DNA of 64,000 bases from a virus, in the IMG/VR virus record IMGVR_UViG_3300032893_000016, positions 34,147 through 98,146 of that record, one strand, 5' to 3'. Shown here one piece after another: positions 1-10,962 of the stretch (position 1 is the stretch's first letter; each line of letters begins with the position of its first letter). Below the pieces are notes generated by a model that saw only the letters and a list, made by a program, of their open reading frames with translations, made no database searches and was not told the DNA's origin. The translations under genes and the position numbers were made by a program.

Positions 1-131
1 GAAAAGCCCCACTCAATAATCTTGCAGGGCACCAACGGCTTGATCTGCAAGATGGTCTTTAGTGTACTGACGTTGACCGGGACAAAAGCAGCCGTAGTAT
101 TCTTCGGTCCGTTGAATAGTTGATACAACAT
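1..131 (-). CDS. 5' part of a hypothetical, probably virion, protein running off the window edge
   Basis: ATG at 131 with GAGAGGAAG RBS; open frame MLYQLFNGPKNTTAAFVPVNVSTLKTILQIKPLVPCKIIEWGF to the edge. Confidence 0.55.
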   Translation of the reverse strand, partial: MLYQLFNGPKNTTAAFVPVNVSTLKTILQIKPLVPCKIIEWGF

Positions 132-228
132 TTCGTCAGCTTCCTCTCAGGTAGCGCCAAAGTATGGAGGGCGGTGATCTAATCTTTCACCTTGCGGCTT
201 ATCCCTTACACAGAGGCCGCCCACAAAC

Positions 229-1500
229 TTAGGTCGTCTGCCCGGCAGCGCGGAGGGTGAATGACGTCTGACCAGGAGCCGCACCAGCGAGCAGCATGAG
301 ATTGAGCCACATGGCTTGCGCGCCCGCGCTATTGGGCGCGGCACCATTGGGCAGATTCTGCGGTGAAGGCACATTCTCGGATTGCGGGGAAGCACCATTG
401 GTGAAGTACTGATTGACCGCCGCACCGTTGCTGTGCGTGGCAGCCGTCGAACCCATGACACCGCGCACGATCGTCCAGGTATTGGTACCTGCGCCCGCCG
501 TGACCTGCACAATTTCGTTGTCGATCTGAACGTAGAAGCCACCTTGCGTGATGGACTGCGGAAAGGACGCATTGGCCGTCACGGTCATCGACGTCGCGCC
601 CGTGCTGGCGATAGCACCATTCAGCGTGGTGTTGGCAAGGCTGGCCAAGCCGGTGATGGGGGCGGTCTGACGATTGGTCACCGTGCCCGTATCATTCAAG
701 GACGAGCACAGCGCGAAGTTCAGGTAGCCGGTACTGGGGTCGGCCTGTTTGGACAAGCTGGCCACAGTCAAGGCGGTCGCGGTGTTATTGTTGACCGCGA
801 ACACCTTCTCAAAGAACCAGCGGGTCGAACCGCCCGCCACGTCGGCGGCCACATTGTAGAACGGACGACGCACCTGGGTGACCTGATTGGGCGACAGATC
901 GAACAGCATGCCATTGTACACGCTGTACACGCTGGTGTTGTCGGGCACCACGGACCAGTTGCGATTGACCGCGACGAAGTCCGTACCATAGCTGCTGTTG
1001 TCGATAACCTGACGAAGCTGGCCAGCACCGGTGCCACTGATAACGCGGATGATCATGCCGACCAAAGCATTGACGCCATCACCGCTCTGCAGCTTGGCCA
1101 GCGCCGGGGTAATGCCGGAGGCGTTGGCGGAGCCGCTCTGCATAGTGTGCGAAGCAATGACCGCGGTGTGCTGGAGCACGGCAATATCGCCGACGGCCGT
1201 CGTGCCACCCTGCACCGCCTTCATCAAACGCTGGAACGTGACAGCGCCGCTGACAAGGGTGGTACCGTTCAACGTTTTGGTTTCGGTGACGATCGTGCCG
1301 CTGGTATTGCGGCCCGAAGTGGTAATCGTGGTGGCGGTATCCGAACCGCTGGACGAAAGGTAGTCGACGGTGTCATTGGACCCAAGGTCATCAAAGACCA
1401 TCTTGGTCGCGAACGAAACCGCGCCGCCCGTGGTCGAACCATCGGTGTCGGGCGAGTTGGCAGAGCCGTAAAACGTGCAGTCAGAAGGCAGAACGCTCAT
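229..1500 (-). CDS. Putative virion structural protein
   Basis: 423 aa, T/G/S/A-rich; contains the TLNGAI..ATSMTV..FP..YVQIDNEIVQVT..RG..GSTAATH module common in phage structural proteins. Confidence 0.65.
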   Translation of the reverse strand: MSVLPSDCTFYGSANSPDTDGSTTGGAVSFATKMVFDDLGSNDTVDYLSSSGSDTATTITTSGRNTSGTIVTETKTLNGTTLVSGAVTFQRLMKAVQGGTTAVGDIAVLQHTAVIASHTMQSGSANASGITPALAKLQSGDGVNALVGMIIRVISGTGAGQLRQVIDNSSYGTDFVAVNRNWSVVPDNTSVYSVYNGMLFDLSPNQVTQVRRPFYNVAADVAGGSTRWFFEKVFAVNNNTATALTVASLSKQADPSTGYLNFALCSSLNDTGTVTNRQTAPITGLASLANTTLNGAIASTGATSMTVTANASFPQSITQGGFYVQIDNEIVQVTAGAGTNTWTIVRGVMGSTAATHSNGAAVNQYFTNGASPQSENVPSPQNLPNGAAPNSAGAQAMWLNLMLLAGAAPGQTSFTLRAAGQTT

Positions 1501-1565
1501 CGTCGATCCTTTTCAACAAGGGTTGGGTCAACGCCAGCGAACGCCGGCGTAAATTCAGGGGCGAA

Positions 1566-3494
1566 CTAGAAGTTGTTAAGGGCCTCGAAATAGTCGCGCG
1601 TTACTTCACCGCACACATTCGAGAAAAAGTACTCTTCACCGTGACAGCGCACGGCCATGACGCGCTCTCCTGTGGCATACACGGTAGAGAAACCGAACCA
1701 GCTATCCACGCGCTTGATTCTGTTTCGAACTTCTAGCGAAGCCACATGGCGGTTGCATTTGGTACACCAAATACCAACGGTACCATTATCAAGCGTGATC
1801 GTAAGATCACCCACGGCAGAAGCAGTCTACGGCTTCAACTCTGTCGGGCTTGAGGCCGCCGTAATCCCACTCGGTGATGAGGAATAGCACACAATGCCAT
1901 TCCTTCTCGGTGAGCTGGCCAAGGGTAACTATGCCGGGCTTGAACCATTCCCAGCCGCGTGTGCAGACAAAGCCTTGCGCTTCCAGGTACTGATGCGGCC
2001 CCGTGTCGTCAATAGGGTCGCCAAAATACCCTTCCATCAGCTCGCGGACTTCGTCACTTGCTTGCGGCATCACGCACCAGACTTATGGGCAGCACGATCG
2101 TGGGCTTCTCGCCTATGTGGCAGCACTCTTCAGCCGCAAGGCCGAGCCAATGCCCCGTGTGGCTGACCACCAAGGTCGGCGTCAACTCGCTTACCCACAT
2201 GCCAAGCAGCGCTTTCAGTTCCGCTTCATGGCGGATGGCTTGCGCTTTCATTTGATTGCGTACAGCCATCAGGCGAAGCTCATCCCATTCCTTCGCTCGT
2301 TTCCAGAAGGAGGGGTCGCTGATCGGTCTGGAGAATAGAGGAACAGCGCGGGGGAGTTCTCTCATCTGCGCAGCACCAAGTACAAGCCAAAGGCCGCGAA
2401 GCCTAAGCCCACGATCAACAGCAGGAACTGAATATCATCGCGCGACACGATGCTTGTCCTTGATGCATTGCCAAACGTACAACGGGGTCAATAGGAGGAT
2501 GACAGCGACACAGAACCAGAAAGACTGCCAGCGGCTGTACCCATGCTTATTGTACCCGGGCATCAGCGGCTACCAAGTCCCTCGCAATTGTCGCCACGTG
2601 CGCGAATCGTACCTTTCGCGACGCGATCATCCAGCAGCGCCTTGAGTGCCGGCGTACCTTTTTCGCACGACCAGCCATTCGGGCCCATCGTCAAATACCG
2701 GCAGCACTCGAGCTGCCCGACCTTGCACACCGCCTTGACGTACATATCATCAGGATACTGTGGCTTCAGCATCTAATGCTTCCACCTGGTTGGATGCGTA
2801 AGCCCTTCGCGAAGCATGGCCTTGGCTTTTTCCGCCTCGGCCAATTCGGCAGGCGTCAGGAACACACAGCTCAGCGAACCATCACCAAGGCAAACGCGCT
2901 CCCCATCAATGTCCTTGACGAGTACGCGACGCAAGCTGGGGTAAATAGCCAGCACTTCCACATCGGGCAGGCAATGGCCTTCCATACAATGCCCGTGGAT
3001 CATTTCACCAACCTTGACTTCGTGGCCATCGCCGGTGTCGATCAAAAGGACCTCAGGCTGACTTTGCGTCATGGCGCTCTCCATCCTGCCGCAGGTACGC
3101 GACGCGCCCCGCTTGTGTAATCTTCCAAACGGGTACATAGAAGTCGCCAGAACCTTTGGAGCTGACGACCACGTGCTTCAGATCAGCAAAGCCTTCGCGC
3201 GAAAGGTGGGCAACATCTTCATACTCAGACGCAGCGACAAAAAACTCGATACCACGATTGCCCTGTTCGAGCAACGCCATCTGGCTAGGCGTAAAGTGTA
3301 CGATCGTATCGTCAGCCACCGGCAGCCTGTTTCTGAATTGCGAGGCCAGCATAGTATTGACGGGCGCGGGCTTCGCCAAGCCTTTGTCCGTACTTCAACT
3401 CGCGAAGGCTGGGGATAAGCGCCAGCCGCTTCTTCAAAGCTTCCGTCGCTTCGGTTAGGTACCTTTGGCTTTCGAGTGTCGCTTCCGTGGGCAT
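1566..3494 (-). other. Run of small hypothetical CDSs (1566-1814, 1807-2073, 2054-2365, 2563-2772, 2773-3072, 3053-3379, 3312-3494)
   Basis: Abutting or overlapping minus-strand ORFs typical of phage accessory regions. Confidence 0.55.
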
Positions 3495-3877
3495 CAGCCG
3501 CCTTCTAAATCCGCCATCTTAATCGTTTCGAGTTCTGAATAGTACTTACGGGCGCTCTTCTCGGACTTGCGTGCCCCTTTGCGCAACTCCTCCAATGTAG
3601 GCAGCGTGCGCAATTTTAGCAAGTACGCATGACCGGTCTGGATGCCGATCTCTACGCGCTCAGACCACGGACGATGCCGGACCTTGCTCGGCTTGACGGG
3701 CTTCAGTGTCAGAACCATTGGATACCACTCTACGACGGATGCGACCTGTTTTCAGCTCTTCTGGCGAATAGGAGAATGAAGGCGTCGGGAATTGACCCCG
3801 GCTCGACACCGCGCCAGAGCCAAGGCGAGGGGCTTGGGCGGGCGTTTGGGGGATGGCTGCCAATGCAGTGCCGCGCT

Positions 3878-4246
3878 TCAGCCACCGTTCCTCCTGGGCC
3901 TTGCGCTCGCCCTTGCGGGCATAGTAGGCGCTATCATGGGCGCGTCTGTCTTCTTTATTTGCGTAGGGCATGATTTCAACCTTGGTAATTCGTCGGGCGG
4001 CAAGCCGCTCGCCTTTAAGCCATACCCAAGTACGTTAAGGCAAGTCTCTATATCGGTAAGTCGGATGGATCGTTCCGCGCGCCACCAGCGACCCAACATA
4101 TTCTTATTGACGCCGGCGTTATCGGCCAACCAATTGCGAGACCTGCCAATCGCCACCAAATGGAAGTGGATGAACCAAACAAGATGATGGGCCTTGGCAT
4201 GCGGCGCATGCTGGTCAACATTGGCAAGGCCATGCGGGCGGCTCAT
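3878..4246 (-). CDS. XRE-family helix-turn-helix protein
   Basis: SRNWLADNAGVNKNMLGRWWRAERSIRLTDIETCLNVLG; start inferred from ATGA overlap with upstream gene. Confidence 0.65.
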   Translation of the reverse strand: MSRPHGLANVDQHAPHAKAHHLVWFIHFHLVAIGRSRNWLADNAGVNKNMLGRWWRAERSIRLTDIETCLNVLGYGLKASGLPPDELPRLKSCPTQIKKTDAPMIAPTMPARASARPRRNGG

Positions 4247-4668
4247 CTGCGGCGTCGATTGAAACGGAAGTTGTTCAGATTGATAGGCACAGCCGCTGCG
4301 GCTTTCATTTCCGCCAGAAAGCTTATGCGCATCCGGCATTCAATGTCCTGCAAGGCGGTCAGTGCTTGCGCCTCATCACGATTGCAGCGCTGATAGTAAA
4401 TTTCCACCACCTGCATCGATGTCATACCGATCAGGCTGTTGGCACAGAACTCGCGCAACCGCTTGGGCAGGATTTCCATACACGCCATTTCCACCACGGC
4501 GCGGGCCTCACGACCATCAGCTTCCGCTAAGTTCTTGATATGTATCAGATACCTAATTACGTCGTCAGCGGACCGAAGCTCCTGCTTTGGTTCCGGGATG
4601 ACCCAGCTTTGTGCCAAAGCCTGCTGTGCCGGCGTAAGTTCCGCTTCCTTCTTTAACCGCGATACCAT
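4243..4668 (-). CDS. Hypothetical protein
   Basis: ORF in operon, stop overlaps next start; start at MVSRLKKE inferred. Confidence 0.45.
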   Translation of the reverse strand: MVSRLKKEAELTPAQQALAQSWVIPEPKQELRSADDVIRYLIHIKNLAEADGREARAVVEMACMEILPKRLREFCANSLIGMTSMQVVEIYYQRCNRDEAQALTALQDIECRMRISFLAEMKAAAAVPINLNNFRFNRRRR

Positions 4669-5221
4669 GCAAGTTCCTGTAGCGGCCATCCGCTGCATCC
4701 ATACCAAAACCGATAAGCCAACCGAAGTCATGCGGCACGGTAAGCGCGGCCATCATGCGCGGCTTGATCTGCCTGTAGAACTCATTGGCCGGATCGCCCT
4801 TATCGACGCCCATCATGTAGCGCACTTCTTTGGCCTTGGCCAGCCCAAGATAATATTCCATTTTCTGGATCGTCACGCCGCTGTCGAAGACATCATCCAC
4901 GACAAGCACATTGCGCCCGAACAGGTCAGGCAGCGAAAAAGACATCCAGGTTCTGTCAGTGGGGATCTCGAACCGACTAGGCGCGGCCTCAATGCGGTGA
5001 ATGTCAGCGTACCCAAGTTGCGGAAAGATGCGCCGATCAGCCAGGCGAGAGCAAACCTCTGACATCATGGGTATGCCACCTGACATGAGCCCAATGACCA
5101 TGTCGGGTATCCAACCCTTGCGCTGTCCAATATCGAGCACAGTGTTGAGTACCATTTGGTGGATGCGGCCTTCCATTTCAAAGCCGCTGAGCACTCCGAT
5201 ATAGCCTTCAGGCACGTACAT
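4565..5221 (-). CDS. Type I phosphoribosyltransferase, HPRT-like
   Basis: PRPP loop VLVVDDVFDSGVT; C-terminal WLIGFGMD..GRYRNL typical of Hpt. Confidence 0.8.
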   Translation of the reverse strand: MYVPEGYIGVLSGFEMEGRIHQMVLNTVLDIGQRKGWIPDMVIGLMSGGIPMMSEVCSRLADRRIFPQLGYADIHRIEAAPSRFEIPTDRTWMSFSLPDLFGRNVLVVDDVFDSGVTIQKMEYYLGLAKAKEVRYMMGVDKGDPANEFYRQIKPRMMAALTVPHDFGWLIGFGMDAADGRYRNLHGIAVKEGSGTYAGTAGFGTKLGHPGTKAGASVR

Positions 5222-6072
5222 TACTCGATCTCCGCGATCACGAAGCCGGGATGATGCGCCAGCTTCCGCCAATAGTTCATACGATCGAGCACGGACCGCT
5301 TGGCCACAGCAGAACCGTTGAGTAAGTAATTGCCGTTCTCCTGCCGCGTGCAGGCATCACCCTTCAGCTTCAGGTACTTGACCGCGTCGATCTTGAACTT
5401 GCTGTCGCCGTACAGCGGCGGGTGCGTATCGAGCTTGGTCGCATCGTACGTAAAATCGGAATTGGGCTGCGGAGGCATGCGCGCGGGCCTTGCCGGGCCT
5501 TGCTTCTGCTCTTCCTGCTTGATCAACTTGCCTTGCGACACGTCGGCCAATTCGGAAGGCACCAGCTCCGTTATGTTCTCTTTACCGGTGACGCGCCCTG
5601 TCACCGCGCCACCGACAGGTTTCCCTGCCGGGGCCGGGGGCTTGCCACCTTGAGCAGCCTTACGGCCGCCTCTAGGTTTCTTGTCCGATGTGCCGGCGTC
5701 GGCCATCGTCTGCCAATGGTCTTTAGGCAGACAGAAGATGATCTCGTGCTGATCGGCCTTCTCCATCTCGCACGCAAAGGCTTTGGCGTTGACGAGCGGC
5801 AAGCCGGTCACGTACGGAACAGTGATCTGACCACCACCCAGCTTCAGATCCTTGACGACGAACAGGGCCTCAGGGTGGTTGAAAGTGCTGAACCGCATCT
5901 TGCCCGCAAGAGCGTCAATCTGCACGTGACAGCGATTGAGGTTGTACTGCTTGCGAAGCGTATCGCTAATACCGATTGTGATGAACGCCGTACCATCCGC
6001 CTTGATGCTCATACCCGCTTTCAAGCGGGGAGCAACCTTGACCTGGATGGGGGACAAATCAATCCAGCCCAT
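5221..6072 (-). CDS. Hypothetical protein with central low-complexity linker
   Basis: 283-aa ORF coupled to the PRTase gene. Confidence 0.65.
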   Translation of the reverse strand: MGWIDLSPIQVKVAPRLKAGMSIKADGTAFITIGISDTLRKQYNLNRCHVQIDALAGKMRFSTFNHPEALFVVKDLKLGGGQITVPYVTGLPLVNAKAFACEMEKADQHEIIFCLPKDHWQTMADAGTSDKKPRGGRKAAQGGKPPAPAGKPVGGAVTGRVTGKENITELVPSELADVSQGKLIKQEEQKQGPARPARMPPQPNSDFTYDATKLDTHPPLYGDSKFKIDAVKYLKLKGDACTRQENGNYLLNGSAVAKRSVLDRMNYWRKLAHHPGFVIAEIE

Positions 6073-6165
6073 GTACTTTCCCCTTCATTTCACCTAAAAC
6101 ATACAAGCATGACTACGGCCACGGCTATAGCGTACGCAAATAGAGCGCACAAGCCCATCTCCACG

Positions 6166-6426
6166 TCAAACGGTATCGAAATGCCCCAAATGCGCAAACC
6201 GTCTGTCCAGGTCAGCCTCGAAGGCGGAAAGCTCCTCTTCCAGCTCTTCGATTTGTGCTACCATAGCCTCCCGGCACGCCTTCCGCAAACGGGGGTCGAC
6301 ATCCTCGTACTCCGTAGGATGGACCAGCGCTTGGAGGAAGTTTTCGACATCATAGCATTTGAGCGCGCACTTAAATTTTTCCAGCGCGGTTAATGTGACT
6401 TCGTACTGCGTCAGGTCTTCAATCAT
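6166..6426 (-). CDS. Hypothetical acidic protein
   Basis: 86-aa ORF. Confidence 0.5.
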   Translation of the reverse strand: MIEDLTQYEVTLTALEKFKCALKCYDVENFLQALVHPTEYEDVDPRLRKACREAMVAQIEELEEELSAFEADLDRRFAHLGHFDTV

Positions 6427-6612
6427 GGCTCATCCGACATAACGAAATGGCTGGCAAGTACTTTTTTCTGAACGATGAACGCTACGCATCACGCACCTAT
6501 ACATACTCTTTTCATGCGCGCGGCGCAAATCCGGAGGAACCGATTTGCTATAATTAGTACATCAGATGGGAATGGTCCTGTCTGCGCTATTTGAAATTGT
6601 TAGGAGCACTAT

Positions 6613-7227
6613 ATGAAAACGAGAGATAAGTACGTCTCTGTGAATGGATCATGGCCAGCCGATGCGGATACGAAGAAGCCCATCAGCCCGGCCTTGGCCA
6701 AGCGAGCCTTCAAAGTTCTGTACAGGCATCGCTTTCACAAGCCTTGGAAGTTCCCCGTGCAAGCCGTCAAGGGCGCGCATCGCAGGACATGGGCTGGGTA
6801 CGTCAAGCTGCCAAAGCACATCGAAAAGTGGGGCATGATCGTCGCCCCCGATGCGGGCTGGCATAATTTCGTACACGACCTAAGCCACTGGATACACCGG
6901 AAGCAATATCCGAACCAGGATGCGCATCGGGCGAGCAGTCACGCGGCGGTTGAGAAGGACCTGATCGAACAGGTTGTCAACCGCGGCTGGTTGCAGGCCA
7001 AGGAGCCGCAGCGGCGGCCGAGGGCGGCGAAGCCCAAGCCCACGCCGGCACAGGCCAAGCTGCAACGGATCGAAGCGTCCATTGCCCGCTGGGAGGCTAA
7101 ACAGCGCCGCGCCGCAAACGCCCTGAAGCGTCTATGTCGTCAGCGGGGTCGGGCGCTTCGTTATGCTGCACGAGTTCAGTCAGCCGCAGCAACGGAAGCA
7201 GTTGTGGCCGTCCATAGCAGTCCCTAG
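6613..7227 (+). CDS. Hypothetical basic protein, possible zincin-like HDxxH motif
   Basis: AGGAG RBS, upstream GCTATAAT, HNFVHDLSHWIH...H motif, coiled-coil C-terminus; lone plus-strand gene. Confidence 0.65.
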   Translation: MKTRDKYVSVNGSWPADADTKKPISPALAKRAFKVLYRHRFHKPWKFPVQAVKGAHRRTWAGYVKLPKHIEKWGMIVAPDAGWHNFVHDLSHWIHRKQYPNQDAHRASSHAAVEKDLIEQVVNRGWLQAKEPQRRPRAAKPKPTPAQAKLQRIEASIARWEAKQRRAANALKRLCRQRGRALRYAARVQSAAATEAVVAVHSSP

Positions 7228-8166
7228 GTAAGTCGTCCTCCCCACCAATCGTCCGCAATGGATCGTTGGTGGGGAGGCGACATTCAACCTTTGGTTCGGT
7301 CGCGGCCTTGATCTCGCGGATCATATCGAGGCGCCCTACTTCGGCCAGCTTCATACCTAGGTCCCACAAGCCCTCGAAGGGCTCATACTCTTTGGCCATT
7401 GCTGCGTACTTATCGCGGCATTTGGCTTGCGCCTCTTCCCACCAGCGCTTGCGTTCAGCCACGACTTCGTCGTACATGATCCAATGGATCGGACCATGAA
7501 GCAGCGCACCTTGAGCAAAACGAATGGTCTCTTTTACGTACAGCTTTCCACCTGTGAACTGATCTTCATACAGCTCCCAACTGACCCTCAGCAAGACGGC
7601 TTTGCCTACGGTGTCGGTGAAGGCAACTTCCATCTCTTGGGTCATCCGGCCAACCTCGGAATCTCCATAAGGTAGCGCAGCGCTATCCCGCTTGTGATGC
7701 TGGGCATGTACCAGCCGGGCTGTGCATCGGTCAGCTCCCAGTTGGTAAATTCCCCGCACACCACCGCGCGCAGGTCATCAATGGGGAGCTGGGATAGCGG
7801 AATGTACGGACCATTCTCGGCAAGCTGGAAGCGCGGCTCTCTCACACCCGCACCCTTTCAGCCCGCGCATGCTCCGCTTGACTGCAGCCGCATGTCAGGC
7901 AAGCCCCACCCATGACACCTTTCGGTCGCCTGTACTTGGCGCAAGGCTTGAGGCCGACGTTGCGCATGATCTCATCAACCACCTGCGCATCAGAAGGCGG
8001 GTAAATCGTCTTGGATACGTTTACTACGCCGGCGTCAATCTTGCCCGCGATGATCTTGCCACGCGGCCCTTGCGAACTTATTTGGCTCGCCCACTCTTCA
8101 GGCGGCACGACACCGCATGTGCAGAAGGCGGCCGTACGCAAGGCCACCGGGCAGCGACGATCGTGC

Positions 8167-8616
8167 TCAGACTTTTTGGTCATAGCCGGGCACTTCCACA
8201 GGCTTGGTCTGCATGTACTGTTCAAGCTTGCGCAGCTTTTCCAGCGATGCCGTGTTCATTGTGCCCGGGTTCAGCACGCCGGCACGGCACAGCATCGTCA
8301 ACAAAGCATGTAGCTGCCCTGCCTCTACGCTGGCGCGGTCGCGATTGGAAAGCGTGTGGCCGGGATCAGGCTGTACTTGGTCAAGGCCAAAACGTTCTGC
8401 CTTGCTGAGGCGGATGCCAAAGCGGCAAAGCGCGGCAATCAGTTCTTCGATGAGCTCGAAGCACTCTTCCTGCGCAATGGTAATGAGCTCTCGCTCATAC
8501 TCTGTTGGCAGGGGATCAGGGGATTTGAAACGCGTGGCAGCGTCGGGGTCCGCACCGCAGGTACAGAAGTGGCCCGTCTTTTCCTTGAGCTCGCAGCCTG
8601 CGTGATGCTCAACCAC
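8167..8616 (-). CDS. MazG-like nucleotide pyrophosphohydrolase
   Basis: IAQEECFELIEE...SKAERFG...NRDRASVEAGQL, all-alpha NTP-PPase pattern (partly divergent). Confidence 0.55.
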   Translation of the reverse strand: MVEHHAGCELKEKTGHFCTCGADPDAATRFKSPDPLPTEYERELITIAQEECFELIEELIAALCRFGIRLSKAERFGLDQVQPDPGHTLSNRDRASVEAGQLHALLTMLCRAGVLNPGTMNTASLEKLRKLEQYMQTKPVEVPGYDQKV

Positions 8617-8761
8617 TCAGCGGCCTTTCAGTTCGATCTTGCGCGGCTCAGGCTTCATGGCAACGCTGCCACCTTCCGCCAGCCGTGCAACCAATATAGT
8701 GTACGAAGCCTCCTTCGCAAGCTTTTCGGATTTGCGAAGCCAACGCTTGTACTTATATCGT

Positions 8762-9530
8762 TCAACCAGCCGCCGCAGCCACTTGACCATTGTTTGCCTG
8801 TCCTGTGGCCGTCATACCTGTAACGCCATTTGCGCGGGCGGCCTCTTCCAGCTTTTCCTTGCGGATGCGATCTGCCTCAGCCTGATCGGCCAAAATCTTC
8901 TTGCGCTTGGCGGCCAGATCGTCTTCCTTGGCCACGAAGTACTTGGCGCAGCACGTTCCGTTACAGAAGTGCAGCATCGGAGCGGGCTGCGGAAACTCAC
9001 CCAACGGAAGTACTTCGGTTCCTTCCTTCAGCGGCACAGATTGATACTGCACCATCAAGCGGTAGCGGATGCCATCGCCGGCGTCCGTGTTCTTGCCGCA
9101 TGCGTCACAGGTCGTCACGTGCTGGAGAGCCATAGCCTTACCCCTTGTCCGTCAATTGCATATACAAACCCGTATCGACCAACTCAGCTACGCGCTTCAT
9201 GACTTCGGCCACTCTGTCCTCAGGCAAATAGTGCATGACGACCGGGCGCATCATCGTATCGCCGGGCTCTCCCAACATGTGAACGATGATGAACGCCTTG
9301 ACCTGCTCATTGTCGAAGCCGTGCTTGCGCAGCGCCGCCATGTAGGCGGCCTTGGCAGCGAACAAGGCGTCCGAATACTTTTCCGCATCGGCCTTGGTCT
9401 CGACGACCTTCTGATCGAACCCATCAAGGATTTTGCTGATCCGCTCTTTGGGTTGCAGCGCACATTCGCTTTCGCAAGCGCGTTGGCAGTACTCTTTTGT
9501 GTGCGGGCAGCGGACGAAATCCTTGGTCAT
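8762..9530 (-). other. Two hypothetical CDSs (8762-9133 with CxxC motif; 9138-9530)
   Basis: Consecutive ORFs. Confidence 0.55.
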
Positions 9531-9850
9531 GTCAGCAGCGGCCTCTCACCAAACGCCCTTTGCGTTATGGCATTTGTGTACATAGCGCACAAGCCATCTT
9601 CGAGCGGCTGATAATGGCGGCACGTAAATGGACGATCGTTGTACTCACCGCAGCGGCCATCTTCCGTCAACAGCGGACACCAGAAGCGCCAATAACCTTT
9701 AGGTGCTTTGTACCATGGGAGGAAAGGCACGCCGGCACGAACCATCCGCACCAATATGTACAATGGATGCACTTGATGATCGTCGCCTATGTTCAGCGTA
9801 AAGCCGCTACAGCAGCGGCCCGGCCTTGTGCAGATATCGCACAGGCTCAT
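9527..9850 (-). CDS. YkgJ-family cysteine-cluster protein
   Basis: CDICTRPGRCC...CPLLTEDGRCGEYNDRPFTCRHY. Confidence 0.7.
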   Translation of the reverse strand: MSLCDICTRPGRCCSGFTLNIGDDHQVHPLYILVRMVRAGVPFLPWYKAPKGYWRFWCPLLTEDGRCGEYNDRPFTCRHYQPLEDGLCAMYTNAITQRAFGERPLLT

Positions 9851-10623
9851 CAGCCTTCCTTCGTTTCCTGCCTCTCGGCCATCTTGATGGACAGAAGCTT
9901 AGTCGTAAAATCGTCCGCGCTCATAGTATGTACCAATTTGAACTCTAGCAGTTGGATGCGACCATCTTTGATGCGCTCTTTCAAATCGTCCAAGGTCGCC
10001 AGCGCGTCTTCTGTCTTAGCGGCAAATGCGTACCCATTCTTGCTATCGCTTGGCGTGACTTTCAGATCGAACAGCGAACTCATTTGGGTTCCTCTTCGAT
10101 ACGGCCAAAGGCGTCGCGCATTTCCCGCGCCGTCACTTGATGACTTGCACCGCTGCCCATGAATGTCAGGACCATATCATTGTCCACGATCGGTCGACCG
10201 CTAAGGTGGGCTTCTGCATCCACCATCCGCCACCACATACCAATACTTTCGATGGCCCGGTTGCGTTTCTCTGCCGCGACAATGTCAATCTTTGGTGTAC
10301 GAAGGATGGCGGCAATGTCGGGCTGGAACATGCCATCGCTGATGGGGCTGACACTGGCCTTCTCAATGACGATTGGCTTCGGCTTGCGGAACCATGACAG
10401 GAAATCAATCATCCGTGTCATCCCCATTCTTGCAGCCGGGCAGGAACTCCACGCCTATCGTTGGTACAAGGCATGGCGTCCAGACTAACCCACACTTCTG
10501 GCATGCGTGGGCCTTGTGCAACTTCAACGCAAATTCATTCTTGTCAATATGTCTCTCATGGCACACAGGGCACCACAACAACATGGGTATCGGGACGATT
10601 ACTCTATCAACGGTTTCCGGCAT
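9850..10623 (-). other. Three small hypothetical CDSs (9850-10083, 10080-10427, 10405-10623 Zn-finger-like)
   Basis: Overlapping start/stop codons; CPVC...H...HACQKC in the last. Confidence 0.55.
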
Positions 10624-10677
10624 AGGTACTTTTTTCGGAAAAATTAAATACGGGTACTAAATTATCTTCGTACATAC

Positions 10678-10962
10678 TCAGCGTTTCAACTCAAAGGCAA
10701 ACCAATTACGCTTGGGTGGTGTCAAGGCTGCCATCATTTGGGCATACGCCTCTTTCCCTACCCACATTTGGCATGGCTTCAAGGCAACGCCATCCCACTC
10801 GCTCATGATCCATGCGGTCCGATCAGCACCGGCACCTGCAAGGTCCCATGCCGTCTTGAACGTTACGGGATCAATGTCAGCAATTGCGAGTGCTTTCGTT
10901 GGGGGAATGACAGTCGAGGCGGCGGCTGCGGCAGTACCTAAAAGGAACGCGCGCCTATTCAT
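10678..10962 (-). CDS. Small protein with twin-arginine (Tat)-like leader
   Basis: MNRRAFLLGTAAAAA. Confidence 0.65.
   Translation of the reverse strand: MNRRAFLLGTAAAAASTVIPPTKALAIADIDPVTFKTAWDLAGAGADRTAWIMSEWDGVALKPCQMWVGKEAYAQMMAALTPPKRNWFAFELKR

Noticed and set aside
382-1569. Long plus-strand ORFs opposite real genes (also 5422-6393, 13870-14709, 18312-19271, 24756-25727, 30732-32075)
   Set aside because: Antisense shadows expected in GC-rich coding DNA; no motifs or RBS.
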